Positions 40,367 through 50,906 of a stretch of 64,000 nucleotides of DNA are shown piece by piece. Source of the stretch: an uncultured cyanobacterium (GTDB taxonomy: Bacteria > Cyanobacteriota > Cyanobacteriia > PCC-9006 > JAAUQQ01); NCBI GenBank assembly GCA_963718615.1, contig OY970368.1, positions 3,328,001 through 3,392,000 of the forward strand. Direction: 5' to 3'. A program made the translations under genes and the position numbers. Numbering within the stretch: the stretch's first letter is position 1; every line of letters begins with the position of its first letter. The notes below the pieces were generated by a model. It searched no databases, was not told where the DNA came from, and saw only the letters and a program-made list of their open reading frames with translations.

Positions 40367-41647
40367 TTGAGCCTTCCCATGACTCCTCCCCATGACCCTT
40401 CTGCCTCGCGATCGCCCCTTCGGTGGCTCACCCCCAAACCTTGGCTGCTCCAGCGCGATCGCCTCACCCACGGGCTCGAAATCCGCTGGGTCAACCCCTC
40501 CTATAGCGGTTGGGTGTTGATAGGACTAGGGGCGTTTTTCTTTTTGGCGGCGAGCAACACCATGGCGGGTTGGCTCTACGTGATGAGTGGGGTGACCGTG
40601 GCGCTGTTGGCGATCGCCACCTACCTGGCTCGGCGCAGTCTGAAAGGATTGACCGTGACTCGGAGCGATCGCGCCGCCTTTGTCAGCACCGATCAGCCGA
40701 TTCCCCTGAGCCTCGCGATCGAAAATTCTACAAGTCAGCCCAAAACCCTTCTGGAACTCCAAGAGGGTCCACCGCTTGCGGTCGAGAGCTGCTATCGACA
40801 GGCGATCGCCCTGATCCCCGCCCGCGATCGCTTGCCCCTGCGCTACAGCCTCCCAGGCCAACCCCGAGGCATTCTTCGCTGGGAAACCTTGACACTGCGC
40901 AGTGCCGCGCCCCTAGGGTTGCTCTGGCACCGTCGGACCCTAGAGGCTCCCTTCAAAGCCGTCGTCTCTCCCCCGATTTTGCCCCTTGATCGCTGTTCCC
41001 TGGTGGATAGTCTTGGACAGGAGCAAAACCCCAACCTCCTGAAGATTCAGCGATCGCAAACCGCCAACGAAGGCCTCACCCGCGCCCTGCGACCCTATCG
41101 CTGGGGCGACCCCATCCGCATGGTCCATTGGCGAACCAGCGCCCGTTATGGCGAACTGCGCGTCCGCGAACTAGAAACCCTCCAAGCCGGGGAAGACATT
41201 GTTTTTGCCCTGGACGACCAACATCCTTGGTTTGCCATCCCCGAACTGAACCTTACCGGCCTAGGCCAGCTTCGCCCCCAGGCGATCAATAGCTTCGAGC
41301 AAGCCGTCGTCGCCCTCGCGTCCCTGTATCGTTACGCGAGCCGTTATCAGAGCCGAGTTGCCCTCTGGACCCAAACCCATGGGTTGCTTCGAGGCGATCG
41401 CCCCATCCTCGAAGCCCTCGCCGGCATTCAGCCCCCTGCCCCCACGCCCCAAACCATTCGTTCTCCTAGCGATCGCCCCCAGCAACCGCTCATCTGGCTG
41501 ACCCAAACCCCCAACACCCTCAGTCAACTTCCTCCCGGCAGCCGCTGGCTCCTTTGGCCTCATCCTGCGATCCCTCTTCAATCCTTGAATACCAAGGGAC
41601 TGACCCTAGATCCCCCTCAACCCCTCCAATTCCAGCTGCAATTCTAG
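40367..41647 (+). CDS. DUF58 domain protein
   Basis: Two N-terminal TM segments, APLGL, LRPYRWGDPIRMVHWRTSARYGELRVRE, FEQAV. Confidence 0.85.
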   Translation: MSLPMTPPHDPSASRSPLRWLTPKPWLLQRDRLTHGLEIRWVNPSYSGWVLIGLGAFFFLAASNTMAGWLYVMSGVTVALLAIATYLARRSLKGLTVTRSDRAAFVSTDQPIPLSLAIENSTSQPKTLLELQEGPPLAVESCYRQAIALIPARDRLPLRYSLPGQPRGILRWETLTLRSAAPLGLLWHRRTLEAPFKAVVSPPILPLDRCSLVDSLGQEQNPNLLKIQRSQTANEGLTRALRPYRWGDPIRMVHWRTSARYGELRVRELETLQAGEDIVFALDDQHPWFAIPELNLTGLGQLRPQAINSFEQAVVALASLYRYASRYQSRVALWTQTHGLLRGDRPILEALAGIQPPAPTPQTIRSPSDRPQQPLIWLTQTPNTLSQLPPGSRWLLWPHPAIPLQSLNTKGLTLDPPQPLQFQLQF

Positions 41648-41684
41648 AAATCCTTCTTTCTTCTCTCTTTTTCTTCTTTTCTCT

Positions 41685-42101
41685 ATGCTGCCCCCCGAAT
41701 TTTGGCAAGGTGCTGACCAGTTCAATCAAAGCGAGTTTTACGCCTGTCACGACACCTTCGAAGCCCTTTGGATGGAAACCCTAGATCCCGATCGCACCTT
41801 TTATCAGGGTCTACTGCAAATCGCCGTCGGTCTATATCACCTCAGCAACCTCAACTGGCAGGGAGCCGTTACCCTCCTCGGCAGCGGCAGCGGTCGGCTG
41901 CGGGGCTATGAGCCGGACTACGAAGGCGTTCAGGTCACCCCCGTGCGCGAGGCGGCTCAAGCGATTTTGGAATTGCTGCAAACCGAAGGCCCCGATCAGA
42001 TTAAACCCTGCGCCGAAGCCGTTGGATTACAGCCTGGGGGAGAGCCGGCTCGGCTGACATTACCTCAGATTTATCCCCTCGACGAAGCTTCAATCCTTTG
42101 A
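41685..42101 (+). CDS. DUF309 domain protein
   Basis: FN..EFYACHDTFEALW......FYQGLLQIAVGLYHL...N..GA. Confidence 0.88.
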   Translation: MLPPEFWQGADQFNQSEFYACHDTFEALWMETLDPDRTFYQGLLQIAVGLYHLSNLNWQGAVTLLGSGSGRLRGYEPDYEGVQVTPVREAAQAILELLQTEGPDQIKPCAEAVGLQPGGEPARLTLPQIYPLDEASIL

Positions 42102-42389
42102 TAGACCTTTATTGAATCGATCATTAATCGAACAATTAACCGAATCACGGCATTGTCCGATGGCTTTGTCCTGGGGAAATAAAAAATTTCTGGGAAAACT
42201 AATAGCGAGCACGCCCTGGGCAGCCCGTCCGGTCGTTAGTAGCCGTAAGCTAAGATCACGAAAGCAGGCAACCTTGAGCCCGATTGCACAGTCCCTAGAT
42301 CATAGAGGCTGACATGGATGGCTCTGGGCCGAAGTCGGTCTGAGTGAATCCATTGTGACTCAGTTCTTGGTTGGGTGAAGTAATTTCTG

Positions 42390-42890
42390 GTGTTGGTGGC
42401 AATCATGGTGGCGTTCTTCAAAACTCCTCGAATGTTTTTAGGGCAAGGCGGATCTCGTAAAACCGCTCTGGTGGCGGGATTAGTGGCGGTCTGCGTCGGG
42501 GGGCTAGGGTCCATCGTTGGGCCGAGTCTGACGGGGGGCGATCGCGCCCAAGCCCAAACGGGTTCCCCCAATGCCATCACGCTCGATGCGGATGTGCAGG
42601 AAGCCAACGCCAAAACCGGCGTAGTGACCGCCCGAGGCAACGTACGAATTGTCTATCCTGCACGCCAAATCCAAGCTACAGCTGCCCAAGCCCAATACTT
42701 TAGCCAAGAGCGCCGCATTGTCATGACGGGCAATGTCAATGTCATTCAATCCGGGACCAATAGCATTCGCGGCGAAGTGGTGACCTATTTGATTGATGAA
42801 GGTCGGTTTGTGGCCTTGCCCAAGCAAACTCAGCAGGTGCGATCGGTCTATACGATTAATGACCCAAACCCGGTCCCCGCTGGGCAGTAA
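42390..42890 (+). CDS. lptA: LptA/OstA-family LPS transport periplasmic protein
   Basis: ADVQEANAKTGVVTARGNV, QAQYFSQERRIVMTGNV, TYLIDEGRF. Upstream of lptB. Confidence 0.85.
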   Translation: MLVAIMVAFFKTPRMFLGQGGSRKTALVAGLVAVCVGGLGSIVGPSLTGGDRAQAQTGSPNAITLDADVQEANAKTGVVTARGNVRIVYPARQIQATAAQAQYFSQERRIVMTGNVNVIQSGTNSIRGEVVTYLIDEGRFVALPKQTQQVRSVYTINDPNPVPAGQ

Positions 42891-42905
42891 GCCGAACCTT
42901 GGGTT

Positions 42906-42950
42906 GGTCTTACAGCCTTTAGTCTTACAGCCTTTGGTCTTACAGCCTTT
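42906..42950 (+). repeat. 3 x 15-bp tandem repeat in the lptA-lptB spacer
   Basis: [g/a]gtcttacagccttt at 42906, 42921 and 42936. Confidence 0.9.
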
Positions 42951-43043
42951 GGTTTCACTGCATAAAGCGAAGCAATTCAACCGAAGAGTCCACTAGATAC
43001 CTCTTTAGCGTCCCGTTCAGCCTATTCCCGTTCAGCTCAGGAG

Positions 43044-43778
43044 TTGTCCTTGAAGATTCTGCTTGAAAACGTCCAAAAGAGTTATGGCAAAAAGCCCATT
43101 GTGCGTCGAGTCAATCTCTCGATCTCCCAGGGGGAAATTGTCGGGCTTTTGGGACCCAATGGCGCAGGCAAGACAACGACGTTTTATATGGCTACCGGCA
43201 TTGAAAAACCCGATCACGGACGGGTGTGGCTCGATGACCACGACATTACTCGGCTCTCCATGACCCATCGCGCTCGTCTGGGGGTGGGCTATTTGGCTCA
43301 GGAAGCTAGTATTTTCCGGCATCTGAGTGTCGAAGACAATCTTCGCCTCGTCCTCCAACAGAGTGCGCTGTCCAGAACTGAGCAAGCGGAGCGCCTGAAC
43401 CAACTGATGAAAGAGTTTCGGCTCCAGCGGGTGGCCCACACCCTAGGGATTCAGGTGTCCGGGGGAGAGCGACGACGGACGGAAATTGCCCGAGCCCTAG
43501 CAACCGGAAGCGCTGGGCCTAAGTTTTTGCTCTTGGATGAGCCCTTTGCGGGGATTGATCCGATTTCCGTGGCGGAAATTCAGGAGATTATCGAACAGCT
43601 TCGTCGCAAGCAAATTGGTATCCTCATCACAGACCATAATGTGCGCGAGACGTTGAGTATTACCGATCGCGCCTATATTCTCCGGGATGGCGAAATCCTC
43701 GCAGCCGGGAGCCCCGAGGAACTCTACGGTAATCCCTTGGTTCGCCAATATTACCTCGGCGAAAATTTTCAGCTTTAG
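43044..43778 (+). CDS. lptB: LPS export ABC transporter ATP-binding protein
   Basis: GLLGPNGAGKTTTFY, YLAQEASIFR, SGGERRRTEIARAL, LLDEPFAGIDP, ILITDHNVRETL, YYLGENF. Confidence 0.95.
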   Translation: MSLKILLENVQKSYGKKPIVRRVNLSISQGEIVGLLGPNGAGKTTTFYMATGIEKPDHGRVWLDDHDITRLSMTHRARLGVGYLAQEASIFRHLSVEDNLRLVLQQSALSRTEQAERLNQLMKEFRLQRVAHTLGIQVSGGERRRTEIARALATGSAGPKFLLLDEPFAGIDPISVAEIQEIIEQLRRKQIGILITDHNVRETLSITDRAYILRDGEILAAGSPEELYGNPLVRQYYLGENFQL

Positions 43779-43811
43779 TCCACTCTTCTTTGATTTACGC
43801 CCAGATCTTCA

Positions 43812-45008
43812 ATGGCCTCTATTACCCCTAGCCTTGCTAAATCCCTTGGTCGCTCCCAGTCTTGGCGATCGCTTTGGGGTTGGCTACCGATTATGGATCG
43901 CTACATTTTTATGCAGCTCCTGGGGCCATTTTTGTTTGGGGTAGGCATTTTTTCCTCCGTGGCGCTCTCCATTGGGGTTGTCTTTGACCTGGTACGTAAA
44001 GTCACCGAATCAGGGCTACCGTTGGGGATTGCGCTGGAAGTTTTCTTGCTAAAAATGCCGTCGTTTGTGGTGTTGGCGTTTCCGATGTCGATGCTGCTGG
44101 CCACGCTCATGGCCTACAGTCGCTTGTCCAGTGATAGTGAGCTGACGGCGCTGCGCAGTTGTGGCATTAGCGCCTATCGGTTTGTGATTCCGGCGATTTT
44201 GCTCAGCGTTATGGTTACGGGGCTGACGTTTGTCTTTAACGAAGCCGTGGTTCCCGCTGCAACCACCCAGGCGAATGAGACGCTGAAAATGGCACTGGAG
44301 GGCGATCGCCCCATGTTCCAGGACCAAAATATTCTCTACGAACAATACGAGCGAGTGCGGACGCCAGAAGGCGACAGAATTAATGTCCTTAACCGCTTGT
44401 TTTATGCCCAGAGCTATGACGGCGAGCGGATGCATGGTCTGACAATTTTGGATTTTTCACGGGGGAGCCTCAGCCAAATTTTGACCGCCGATTCGGGCCT
44501 CTGGAATATGTCCGCCAATACCTGGGACTTTTTTGATGGTTCTATCTATTTGGTTGCGCCGGATGGTTCCTATCGCAATATTGTGACGTTCCAGCAGCAT
44601 CAGCTCAATTTGGCCAAAACCCCCATCGACTTGAGCCAGCGTAGACGAGATTCGACGGAGATGAATATTGCAGAATCCAAAGAATATTTAGCGTTGTTGG
44701 AGCAGGGGGGCGATCGCAAAAAGGCCCAAAAGCTAGAGGTCCGCATTGCCCAAAAATACGCCTTTCCCTTTGTTTGCTTAATCTTTGGCCTGATTGGCGC
44801 AGCCCTGGGCATTGTGCCCAATCAGCGCACCAGCAAAGCCACGGGGTTTGGCCTGAGTGTGTTGATTATTTTTGCCTACTACATTACCGATTTCATTTGT
44901 GGGGCGATCGGCATTCGTGGCGCGCTACCGCCCTTGGTTGCCGCATTTTTACCCATCCTCATTGGGTTTGGCGTGGGCACAGGTCTGCTGGTGCGGGCGG
45001 CTCGCTAG
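43812..45008 (+). CDS. LptF/LptG-family permease
   Basis: MDRYI..QL..PFLFG, YSRLSSDSELTALRSCGIS, FNEAVVP, GFGLSVLIIFAYY. Follows lptB. Confidence 0.9.
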   Translation: MASITPSLAKSLGRSQSWRSLWGWLPIMDRYIFMQLLGPFLFGVGIFSSVALSIGVVFDLVRKVTESGLPLGIALEVFLLKMPSFVVLAFPMSMLLATLMAYSRLSSDSELTALRSCGISAYRFVIPAILLSVMVTGLTFVFNEAVVPAATTQANETLKMALEGDRPMFQDQNILYEQYERVRTPEGDRINVLNRLFYAQSYDGERMHGLTILDFSRGSLSQILTADSGLWNMSANTWDFFDGSIYLVAPDGSYRNIVTFQQHQLNLAKTPIDLSQRRRDSTEMNIAESKEYLALLEQGGDRKKAQKLEVRIAQKYAFPFVCLIFGLIGAALGIVPNQRTSKATGFGLSVLIIFAYYITDFICGAIGIRGALPPLVAAFLPILIGFGVGTGLLVRAAR

Positions 45009-45046
45009 GCCTCCTCAGCCCCTTGACGGTCTAAGCCGTTGGTCCC

Positions 45047-47689
45047 CTATGTTGCTTGTAAACTCAGTTCAGCCTTGGGGGGAGTCCAATCCTGAGGCAA
45101 TTGTTGAAAGAGCGGATGATCGGCAGCTAATCCCATTTCCTCAGACAAATACTGCGCCACTTGATGCAAATAATCCGAAGCCCGTTGATGCACTTCAACC
45201 CCCTCGGGCTGTTCCTTGAGCAGCGACACATAGGTCTGGGTCGCCATTTCTAAATGGGCAAACGTCACATTGGAATTGTGGCTGGACTGGGGCAACATCC
45301 CTAGGCGTTGATGTACCAATCCCAGATTGAGCCGAGTGGCCACCGGATCAAACCCAAAGGAGGTTGCCCCTACAGCCGTCAGCTCCCGCACCATCTGGAG
45401 GGCGGCATCATAGGCAATCACGCTTTGCTCTAGGGATTCTTGGGTGGTTTGTGGATCGGCATAGGGATGGCTCGCCAGATGCAGGAGCGATGCCCCGAGA
45501 TTGTTTTGGGTGGCCGCGTGGGACAGGGGGGCTTCTGTACGGGTCCGGTACAGCAGCGCAATTTGATAGGTGCCGACGGCCAAACGCAAGAGGTCCAGGG
45601 ATCGCTCCATTTGGCCCAGATGTAGATAGGCCGTTCCTAGGTTGTTCTGGATCATGCCGTACCGGAGGGGATCCGTTTCGGGGTCATTGGCTGCTGCCGC
45701 TGCGGTATAGGCTGCGATCGCCTGTTGCAGACAGTTTGCGGCGCGATCGCCCATTTCCTGTTGGGCCAAGTTCCAATAGGCCGTCCCCAAATTATTAGGA
45801 ATCGCTGCGGCTAGCATCGCAGTGGGTTGGGAGAGAGAGCGTTCGTCGGGGGCGATGTCATCGTTATCGTCCTCAGCTTTGGCCAACTGGGCTTTTTGAC
45901 AGGCAGTCCAGGCCACTTCGTAGGCACGCACGGCCAATCGCCAGCTATTTTTGGGATTCTCCAGCGTGGCAAGACTGCCGTAGGCTTCGCCTAAATGGTC
46001 ATGCAACTCAATCCAGGCACTAGAGAAGGGGTGCACCTGACAGCGCTGGATACCTTTGCGGTAGGTTTGCACCGCTCGATGCAAACTTCTGAGGCGATGG
46101 TTGGGCTGTTGTCGACTCAAAGTCCAGTACAGATAGCCCAAATCATCATAGGTTTTGGGGTTGAGTGAGGCGTCGCGATCCAGATAGGGAAGGGCTTGTT
46201 CATAGGCGGCAATGGCAATCACAATATGCATCAAATTGCGCTGCCCTTGATTGACCCGTTCGCGATAGAAATCAGCCAGGTTCAACAACCCCGAAGCCAC
46301 TTGGCTGGCGGGAGGGGGTGCGTCGGTATGGGTCGCGTCCAATTGTTCCCAGATCATCAATGGCGGATAGGCTACCGAGCCCCCACCGGGCTGTAGTTGT
46401 GCCAGTTTTTCGATGAGTTTACCGAGGGGAATCTGTGTGGGTTGATTGATCAGAGCCGCCACCAGATCGGAGGCCCCAAGCTGGGCCAAATCGCCTTGGG
46501 CAAGACTCTGCTCTGTCCGGTTGGTTGCCTCGGAACCGACATCTGGAGGGGATTGGGTGGGGGCTTCTGCTTCTAGCTGGAAGGCGGTAGCTTCTGGGGC
46601 TTCTAGCTCCCCAATCTCCTCTAAATTCTCTAGCTCTTCTGGGTCTTCTAGATTCTCTAGGTTCTCTTCGGTGGTGGCCCTCCATTCCGCATTGGGCTTT
46701 AAATCTGTGTAGGTTTCCAAATCCGTAAACGCATCGGGATCGGGTGGAACAGCAACTGCGGCTAACACCATCGGCTGAGCAGTTTCCAGCGCTTGCAATG
46801 CAGCTAGGGCTTCAGAGGCTTGGCGGTAGCGTTGACGGGTGGCGCGCTGCAAGAGTCGATTTAAAATCGCTTTGAGCCCTTCACTGATGGCGATCGCGCA
46901 GTCTTCTTCCCAGCGCCAACAGTCCTCTTCCAAATCCCACAGCTTTTCAGGATGCTTGCCGGTTAAGAGCTGAATCGCCGTTACCCCAAGGCTATACAAA
47001 TCGCTAGACAAAACCAGATTGCCCAGGAGGCATTCCGGGGCACGATAGCGCAATTGCTGCAAATCCTGGATGCGTTCGGGGGCCGGGGTGACATAGCCCT
47101 GGGAAGGATGGCCCACTTGCTTGGGGAGGGCGATCGCCCGATAGCTGACCAACTTAAGCCCCACCTGAGCCCCGCCGTCCACCAGCGTCAGCGGTCGCAA
47201 ATCTCCATGAATAATCTGGGCCTGATGGAGTTCATCCAAAGCGCTCAAAACGGTCGTCATGACCGCGCGAACTTCTGCCTCAGACAACAGCCCTTGGCGA
47301 TCCAGACGCTGGGCGAGGTTTTCCCCTTCAATCCACTGATGAATTAAAAACTGGGCTCCTCGATAGGTACCTCCAGAGGGACCTAATTGCTCAACCACGG
47401 CCAAAATTCGGGGCAGGGCCCGCTGGTGACTCAGTTGCTCCAAACGCAGCAGTGCCGACGGTTCCCAATAGGGGATCGATTGGGTTTCGTCTCCCAGCCG
47501 CAAGGCCACCCCTTGGGGCTGGGACGGTAAATGCTCATCCCGCACAATCAGCGATTGGCCCAGTGCCCCCAAGGGTTGTAGCGGACGAAAGCGATTCACA
47601 ATCAGGAGGGGGCTACCACAATGGTGACAAAATCTTGCTGTGGGAGGGTTTTGTGGCTTAGAACAGGCGGCGTTGGAGCAGTAGGTCAT
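45047..47689 (-). CDS. 4-Cys-prefix Ser/Thr kinase-like (probable pseudokinase) + TPR protein
   Basis: YCSNAAC..PQN....FCHHCGSPL zinc prefix; kinase fold with YRAPE and SDLYSLGVT but degenerate catalytic motifs; C-terminal NNLG.AY TPRs. Confidence 0.8.
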   Translation of the reverse strand: MTYCSNAACSKPQNPPTARFCHHCGSPLLIVNRFRPLQPLGALGQSLIVRDEHLPSQPQGVALRLGDETQSIPYWEPSALLRLEQLSHQRALPRILAVVEQLGPSGGTYRGAQFLIHQWIEGENLAQRLDRQGLLSEAEVRAVMTTVLSALDELHQAQIIHGDLRPLTLVDGGAQVGLKLVSYRAIALPKQVGHPSQGYVTPAPERIQDLQQLRYRAPECLLGNLVLSSDLYSLGVTAIQLLTGKHPEKLWDLEEDCWRWEEDCAIAISEGLKAILNRLLQRATRQRYRQASEALAALQALETAQPMVLAAVAVPPDPDAFTDLETYTDLKPNAEWRATTEENLENLEDPEELENLEEIGELEAPEATAFQLEAEAPTQSPPDVGSEATNRTEQSLAQGDLAQLGASDLVAALINQPTQIPLGKLIEKLAQLQPGGGSVAYPPLMIWEQLDATHTDAPPPASQVASGLLNLADFYRERVNQGQRNLMHIVIAIAAYEQALPYLDRDASLNPKTYDDLGYLYWTLSRQQPNHRLRSLHRAVQTYRKGIQRCQVHPFSSAWIELHDHLGEAYGSLATLENPKNSWRLAVRAYEVAWTACQKAQLAKAEDDNDDIAPDERSLSQPTAMLAAAIPNNLGTAYWNLAQQEMGDRAANCLQQAIAAYTAAAAANDPETDPLRYGMIQNNLGTAYLHLGQMERSLDLLRLAVGTYQIALLYRTRTEAPLSHAATQNNLGASLLHLASHPYADPQTTQESLEQSVIAYDAALQMVRELTAVGATSFGFDPVATRLNLGLVHQRLGMLPQSSHNSNVTFAHLEMATQTYVSLLKEQPEGVEVHQRASDYLHQVAQYLSEEMGLAADHPLFQQLPQDWTPPKAELSLQAT

Positions 47690-47803
47690 GACATTCGGTA
47701 GCTCATATCTTTATGAGTACCCAATTTGATGACCTGTCTCAGAGAATGGCTCAAATTTCACGGAACGGCATGACCCGACAAAGACGCCGGCTGGAAAAAA
47801 GAC

Positions 47804-48760
47804 TTAAAGCTTCAAATCTCCCTTAGGGTTCAGCCATTCATTCAATCCCTCACCCAGCAGCGAGAGGCTCACCACTAACGTGGTCAAGGCCAGTCCCGGA
47901 AACAGCGCTGTCCACCAAATTCCTGTGGGCAACGCCCCCAGAGCCTGTTGCAAATCCTGCCCCCATTCCGGTGTAGTGGGGGGTAAGCCCAAGCCTAAAA
48001 ATCCTAAGCCTCCCAGAACCAACACCGCATCCGCCGCATTGAGCGTAAACAGCACCGGTACGCTGGGAATCACATTCAAAAATAAATATCGACTGATAAT
48101 TTTCCAGGTCGACGCGCCCATGGCCTGGGCCGCTTCCACAAACAGCTCGGCCTTGACGCTGACGGTCTGGTTACGCACGACCCGATAGTACTGGGGCACA
48201 TAGGCAACACAGAGGGCCAGCGCCGCATTGAGCAACCCTCGCCCTACCACAAAGGCCAGCGTAATCGATAGCAACAACCCCGGCAAGGTGTACAGCGTAT
48301 CCATCAAAAACAGCAGGATCCGATCCAACCCGCCCCCCAAATAGCCGCTGACCAGCCCAAGGGGAACACCGATCAGCAAACTGAGCAACGTCGCTAAAAC
48401 AACCACCTTGAGCGCGGCCTGGGTCCCAAACAGCGTCCGCGAAAACACGTCATACCCCTCTTGGCTAGTGCCAAACCAGTGGGCCGCTGACGGAGGCTCA
48501 TGGATCGGATTGATTAGGGATGCTGTGGGATCCTGCACCCAGCCCAACCCTTGGAACAGGGGCGCGAGCAGCGCGAGCAAGATAAAGGCCAAGGTCATCA
48601 GCAAGCCCACCCCCGTCAGCCGCGCCGACAAACTGGGTCCAAATAGACCCCGAATCTGACGCAGTGATCCAGATTGAATGAAAGATGCCATGGCAGATTG
48701 CACCGAATGATTGAACCGAATGCTGTCGCCCCATTCTAAAACTGAAGACAACACAAACAA
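47804..48760 (-). CDS. Peptide/nickel ABC transporter permease (DppC/OppC type)
   Basis: PPSAAHWFGT..G.DVFSR, FVEAAQAMGAS (EAA loop), LGFLGLG.P...PEWG, WWTALFPG. True start probably ATG 48691. Confidence 0.88.
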   Translation of the reverse strand: MFVLSSVLEWGDSIRFNHSVQSAMASFIQSGSLRQIRGLFGPSLSARLTGVGLLMTLAFILLALLAPLFQGLGWVQDPTASLINPIHEPPSAAHWFGTSQEGYDVFSRTLFGTQAALKVVVLATLLSLLIGVPLGLVSGYLGGGLDRILLFLMDTLYTLPGLLLSITLAFVVGRGLLNAALALCVAYVPQYYRVVRNQTVSVKAELFVEAAQAMGASTWKIISRYLFLNVIPSVPVLFTLNAADAVLVLGGLGFLGLGLPPTTPEWGQDLQQALGALPTGIWWTALFPGLALTTLVVSLSLLGEGLNEWLNPKGDLKL

Positions 48761-48937
48761 ATGTTAACCAGATCGATCGTTTACTTTGCCCCTCTAAAAT
48801 TCTCGTTTACCATTGGGCCGGGTTGCAGCTCGATGAAGACTTGCTTGCGAGTGATCAGGCAGGTCTGTTTTGTGCATGAATTCCAGGATTTCCCAGACTT
48901 TGCTAACCTAGCTTAGATAGTCTTGGAAGGTTGACGC

Positions 48938-50101
48938 GTGGATATCCAACTGGGAAGGGGTAAGGCTGCCCGTAGAGCCTATGGAATTGACGAAATTGCG
49001 CTGGTTCCTGGCCCGCGTACGTTAGATCCCAGTCTGGCGGATACTCGCTGGAGCATTGGTGGCATCGAGCGGGAAATCCCAATTATTGCGAGCGCGATGG
49101 ATGGCGTCGTGGATGTGAAAATGGCGGTCCGCCTCGCTCAGTTGGGCAGTATGGGTGTGATTAATTTGGAGGGGATTCAGGCCCGCTACGAAGATCCGGA
49201 GCCCATTCTAGATCGCATTGCGGCGGTGGGTAAGGACGAGTTTGTGCCCTTGATGCAGGAACTCTATGCCAAGCCGGTTCAGCCGGAGCTGATTCAACGA
49301 AGAATTCGGCAAGTCAAGGACCAGGGGGGCATTGCTGCGGTGAGCGTGACGCCTGTGGGCGCGCTGAAATATGGAGGGGCGATCGCCGAAGCCGGAGCCG
49401 ATCTGCTCTTTATTCAGGCCACAGTCGTTTCTACCGATCATCTCTCTCCTGAGGCCATTACACCCCTAGACTTAGCTCAGTTTTGCGCGGAAATGTCCAT
49501 GCCCGTCGTCTTGGGTAACTGTGTGACCTATGACGTTACCCTGAATCTAATGAAAACGGGCGCAGCCGCAGTTTTGGTTGGCATTGGTCCCGGTGCTGCC
49601 TGCACATCCCGTGGGGTCCTCGGCGTCGGAATTCCTCAAGCAACGGCGGTCGCTGACTGCGCCGCAGCTCGGGATGACTATTTCAAGGAGACCGGACGAT
49701 ACGTCCCGATCATTGCCGATGGTGGGTTGGTGACAGGGGGGGATATTTGCAAATGTATTGCCTGTGGAGCCGATGGCGTCATGATTGGCTCTCCCTTTGC
49801 GCGAGCACAGGAAGCTCCTGGACGGGGCTTCCACTGGGGCATGGCGACCCCTAGCCCTGTACTACCACGGGGCACCCGTATCCGGGTCGGAACAACCGGA
49901 ACACTGGAACAAATTTTGCGCGGTCCGGCCCAACTGGACGATGGCACCCATAACTTCCTCGGGGCTCTGCAAACCAGCATGGGAACCTTGGGAGCCAAGG
50001 ACATCAAGGAAATGCAGCAGGTTGAGGTGGTCATTGCCCCTTCTTTGCTGACGGAAGGCAAGGTTTACCAAAAGGCCCAGCAGTTGGGAATGGGTAAGTA
50101 G
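48938..50101 (+). CDS. guaB: IMP dehydrogenase, cyanobacterial GuaB3 type
   Basis: IIASAMDGVVD, VGIGPGAACTSRGVLG (catalytic Cys), IIADGG, WGMATPS. Confidence 0.93.
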   Translation: MDIQLGRGKAARRAYGIDEIALVPGPRTLDPSLADTRWSIGGIEREIPIIASAMDGVVDVKMAVRLAQLGSMGVINLEGIQARYEDPEPILDRIAAVGKDEFVPLMQELYAKPVQPELIQRRIRQVKDQGGIAAVSVTPVGALKYGGAIAEAGADLLFIQATVVSTDHLSPEAITPLDLAQFCAEMSMPVVLGNCVTYDVTLNLMKTGAAAVLVGIGPGAACTSRGVLGVGIPQATAVADCAAARDDYFKETGRYVPIIADGGLVTGGDICKCIACGADGVMIGSPFARAQEAPGRGFHWGMATPSPVLPRGTRIRVGTTGTLEQILRGPAQLDDGTHNFLGALQTSMGTLGAKDIKEMQQVEVVIAPSLLTEGKVYQKAQQLGMGK

Positions 50102-50224
50102 GGAGCGTCATGGCGTCGTAAAGAAATGTTGCAAAACCCCGCAACTGTTTATCTTTCAACGCTTTTCCGCTCATTTCCTTGTGATATTGCGTGATATTGC
50201 ACTGATAAATTGAGACGAGGCAAC

Positions 50225-50230
50225 TACAAT
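50225..50230 (+). promoter_or_regulatory. -10 element of yfr1
   Basis: TACAAT about 6 nt upstream of the Yfr1 5' hairpin. Confidence 0.55.
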
Positions 50231-50235
50231 AAAGT

Positions 50236-50305
50236 GAGCGGAGACGCATGTTTCCGTTCACTCCTCACACCACACTTCGCCTGGACGGAAGTTCAGGCGT
50301 TTCTT
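50236..50305 (+). ncRNA. yfr1: Yfr1 small RNA
   Basis: Ultraconserved ACTCCTCACAC at 50260-50270 between a 5' hairpin (gcggagac-gcat-gtttccgt) and a terminator hairpin (cgcctggac-ggaa-gttcaggcg plus T-rich tail). Located in the guaB-trxA spacer, the known Yfr1 locus. Confidence 0.93.
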
Positions 50306-50422
50306 CTTTTATTTGTCCCCTCGTTTTCTGTATCCAAGTATGTCGGTCCTATTATCAAAATTCTCAGAGTTCGCTATTGTAGGAAATTGAGGATAATGAT
50401 TCATTAACCAAGGGTTTTAAGC

Positions 50423-50746
50423 ATGTCAGCAGCCGCTTCGGTGACGGATGCCAATTTCAAGTCGGAAGTGTTGGAAAGTGAGCTTCCCGTACTCGTGGAC
50501 TTTTGGGCTCCTTGGTGTGGCCCCTGTCGGATGGTTGCACCGGTTGTCGATGAAATCGCCCAACAGTACGAAGGTCAAGTCAAAGTGGTCAAGGTCAATA
50601 CGGACGAGAGTCCAAGCGTGGCCAGCCAGTATGGCATTCGGAGCATTCCGACTCTAATGGTCTTCAAGGGAGGGCAGCGGGTCGATATGGTTGTGGGTGC
50701 TGTCCCCAAAGCAACATTGGCCAATACCCTCGAAAAATATCTCTAA
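50423..50746 (+). CDS. trxA: Thioredoxin (m-type)
   Basis: [25 protein letters not shown]. Confidence 0.97.
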   Translation: MSAAASVTDANFKSEVLESELPVLVDFWAPWCGPCRMVAPVVDEIAQQYEGQVKVVKVNTDESPSVASQYGIRSIPTLMVFKGGQRVDMVVGAVPKATLANTLEKYL

Positions 50747-50793
50747 GGTCTCCCTAAGCCCGTTTTCGGCATTAGGCCAAAAACAGATTGACG

Positions 50794-50824
50794 AGCGAGG
50801 TCTCAGGACGGGGCCTCGCTTTTG
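50794..50824 (+). terminator. Rho-independent terminator after trxA
   Basis: agcgaggtctc-agga-cggggcctcgct followed by ttttg. Confidence 0.75.
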
Positions 50825-50906
50825 CTAGTCTGATTTTGTGGCGTCTGCGCTTCATTCCCTGAGAAGTCATTGGGTACAATGAGAGTCCAATTCGTAAGCA
50901 TCACCT

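Noticed and set aside
42906-42950. CRISPR array (also considered for the adhesin repeats)
   Set aside because: Repeats are contiguous without unique spacers, or are in-frame coding repeats. No cas genes in the window.
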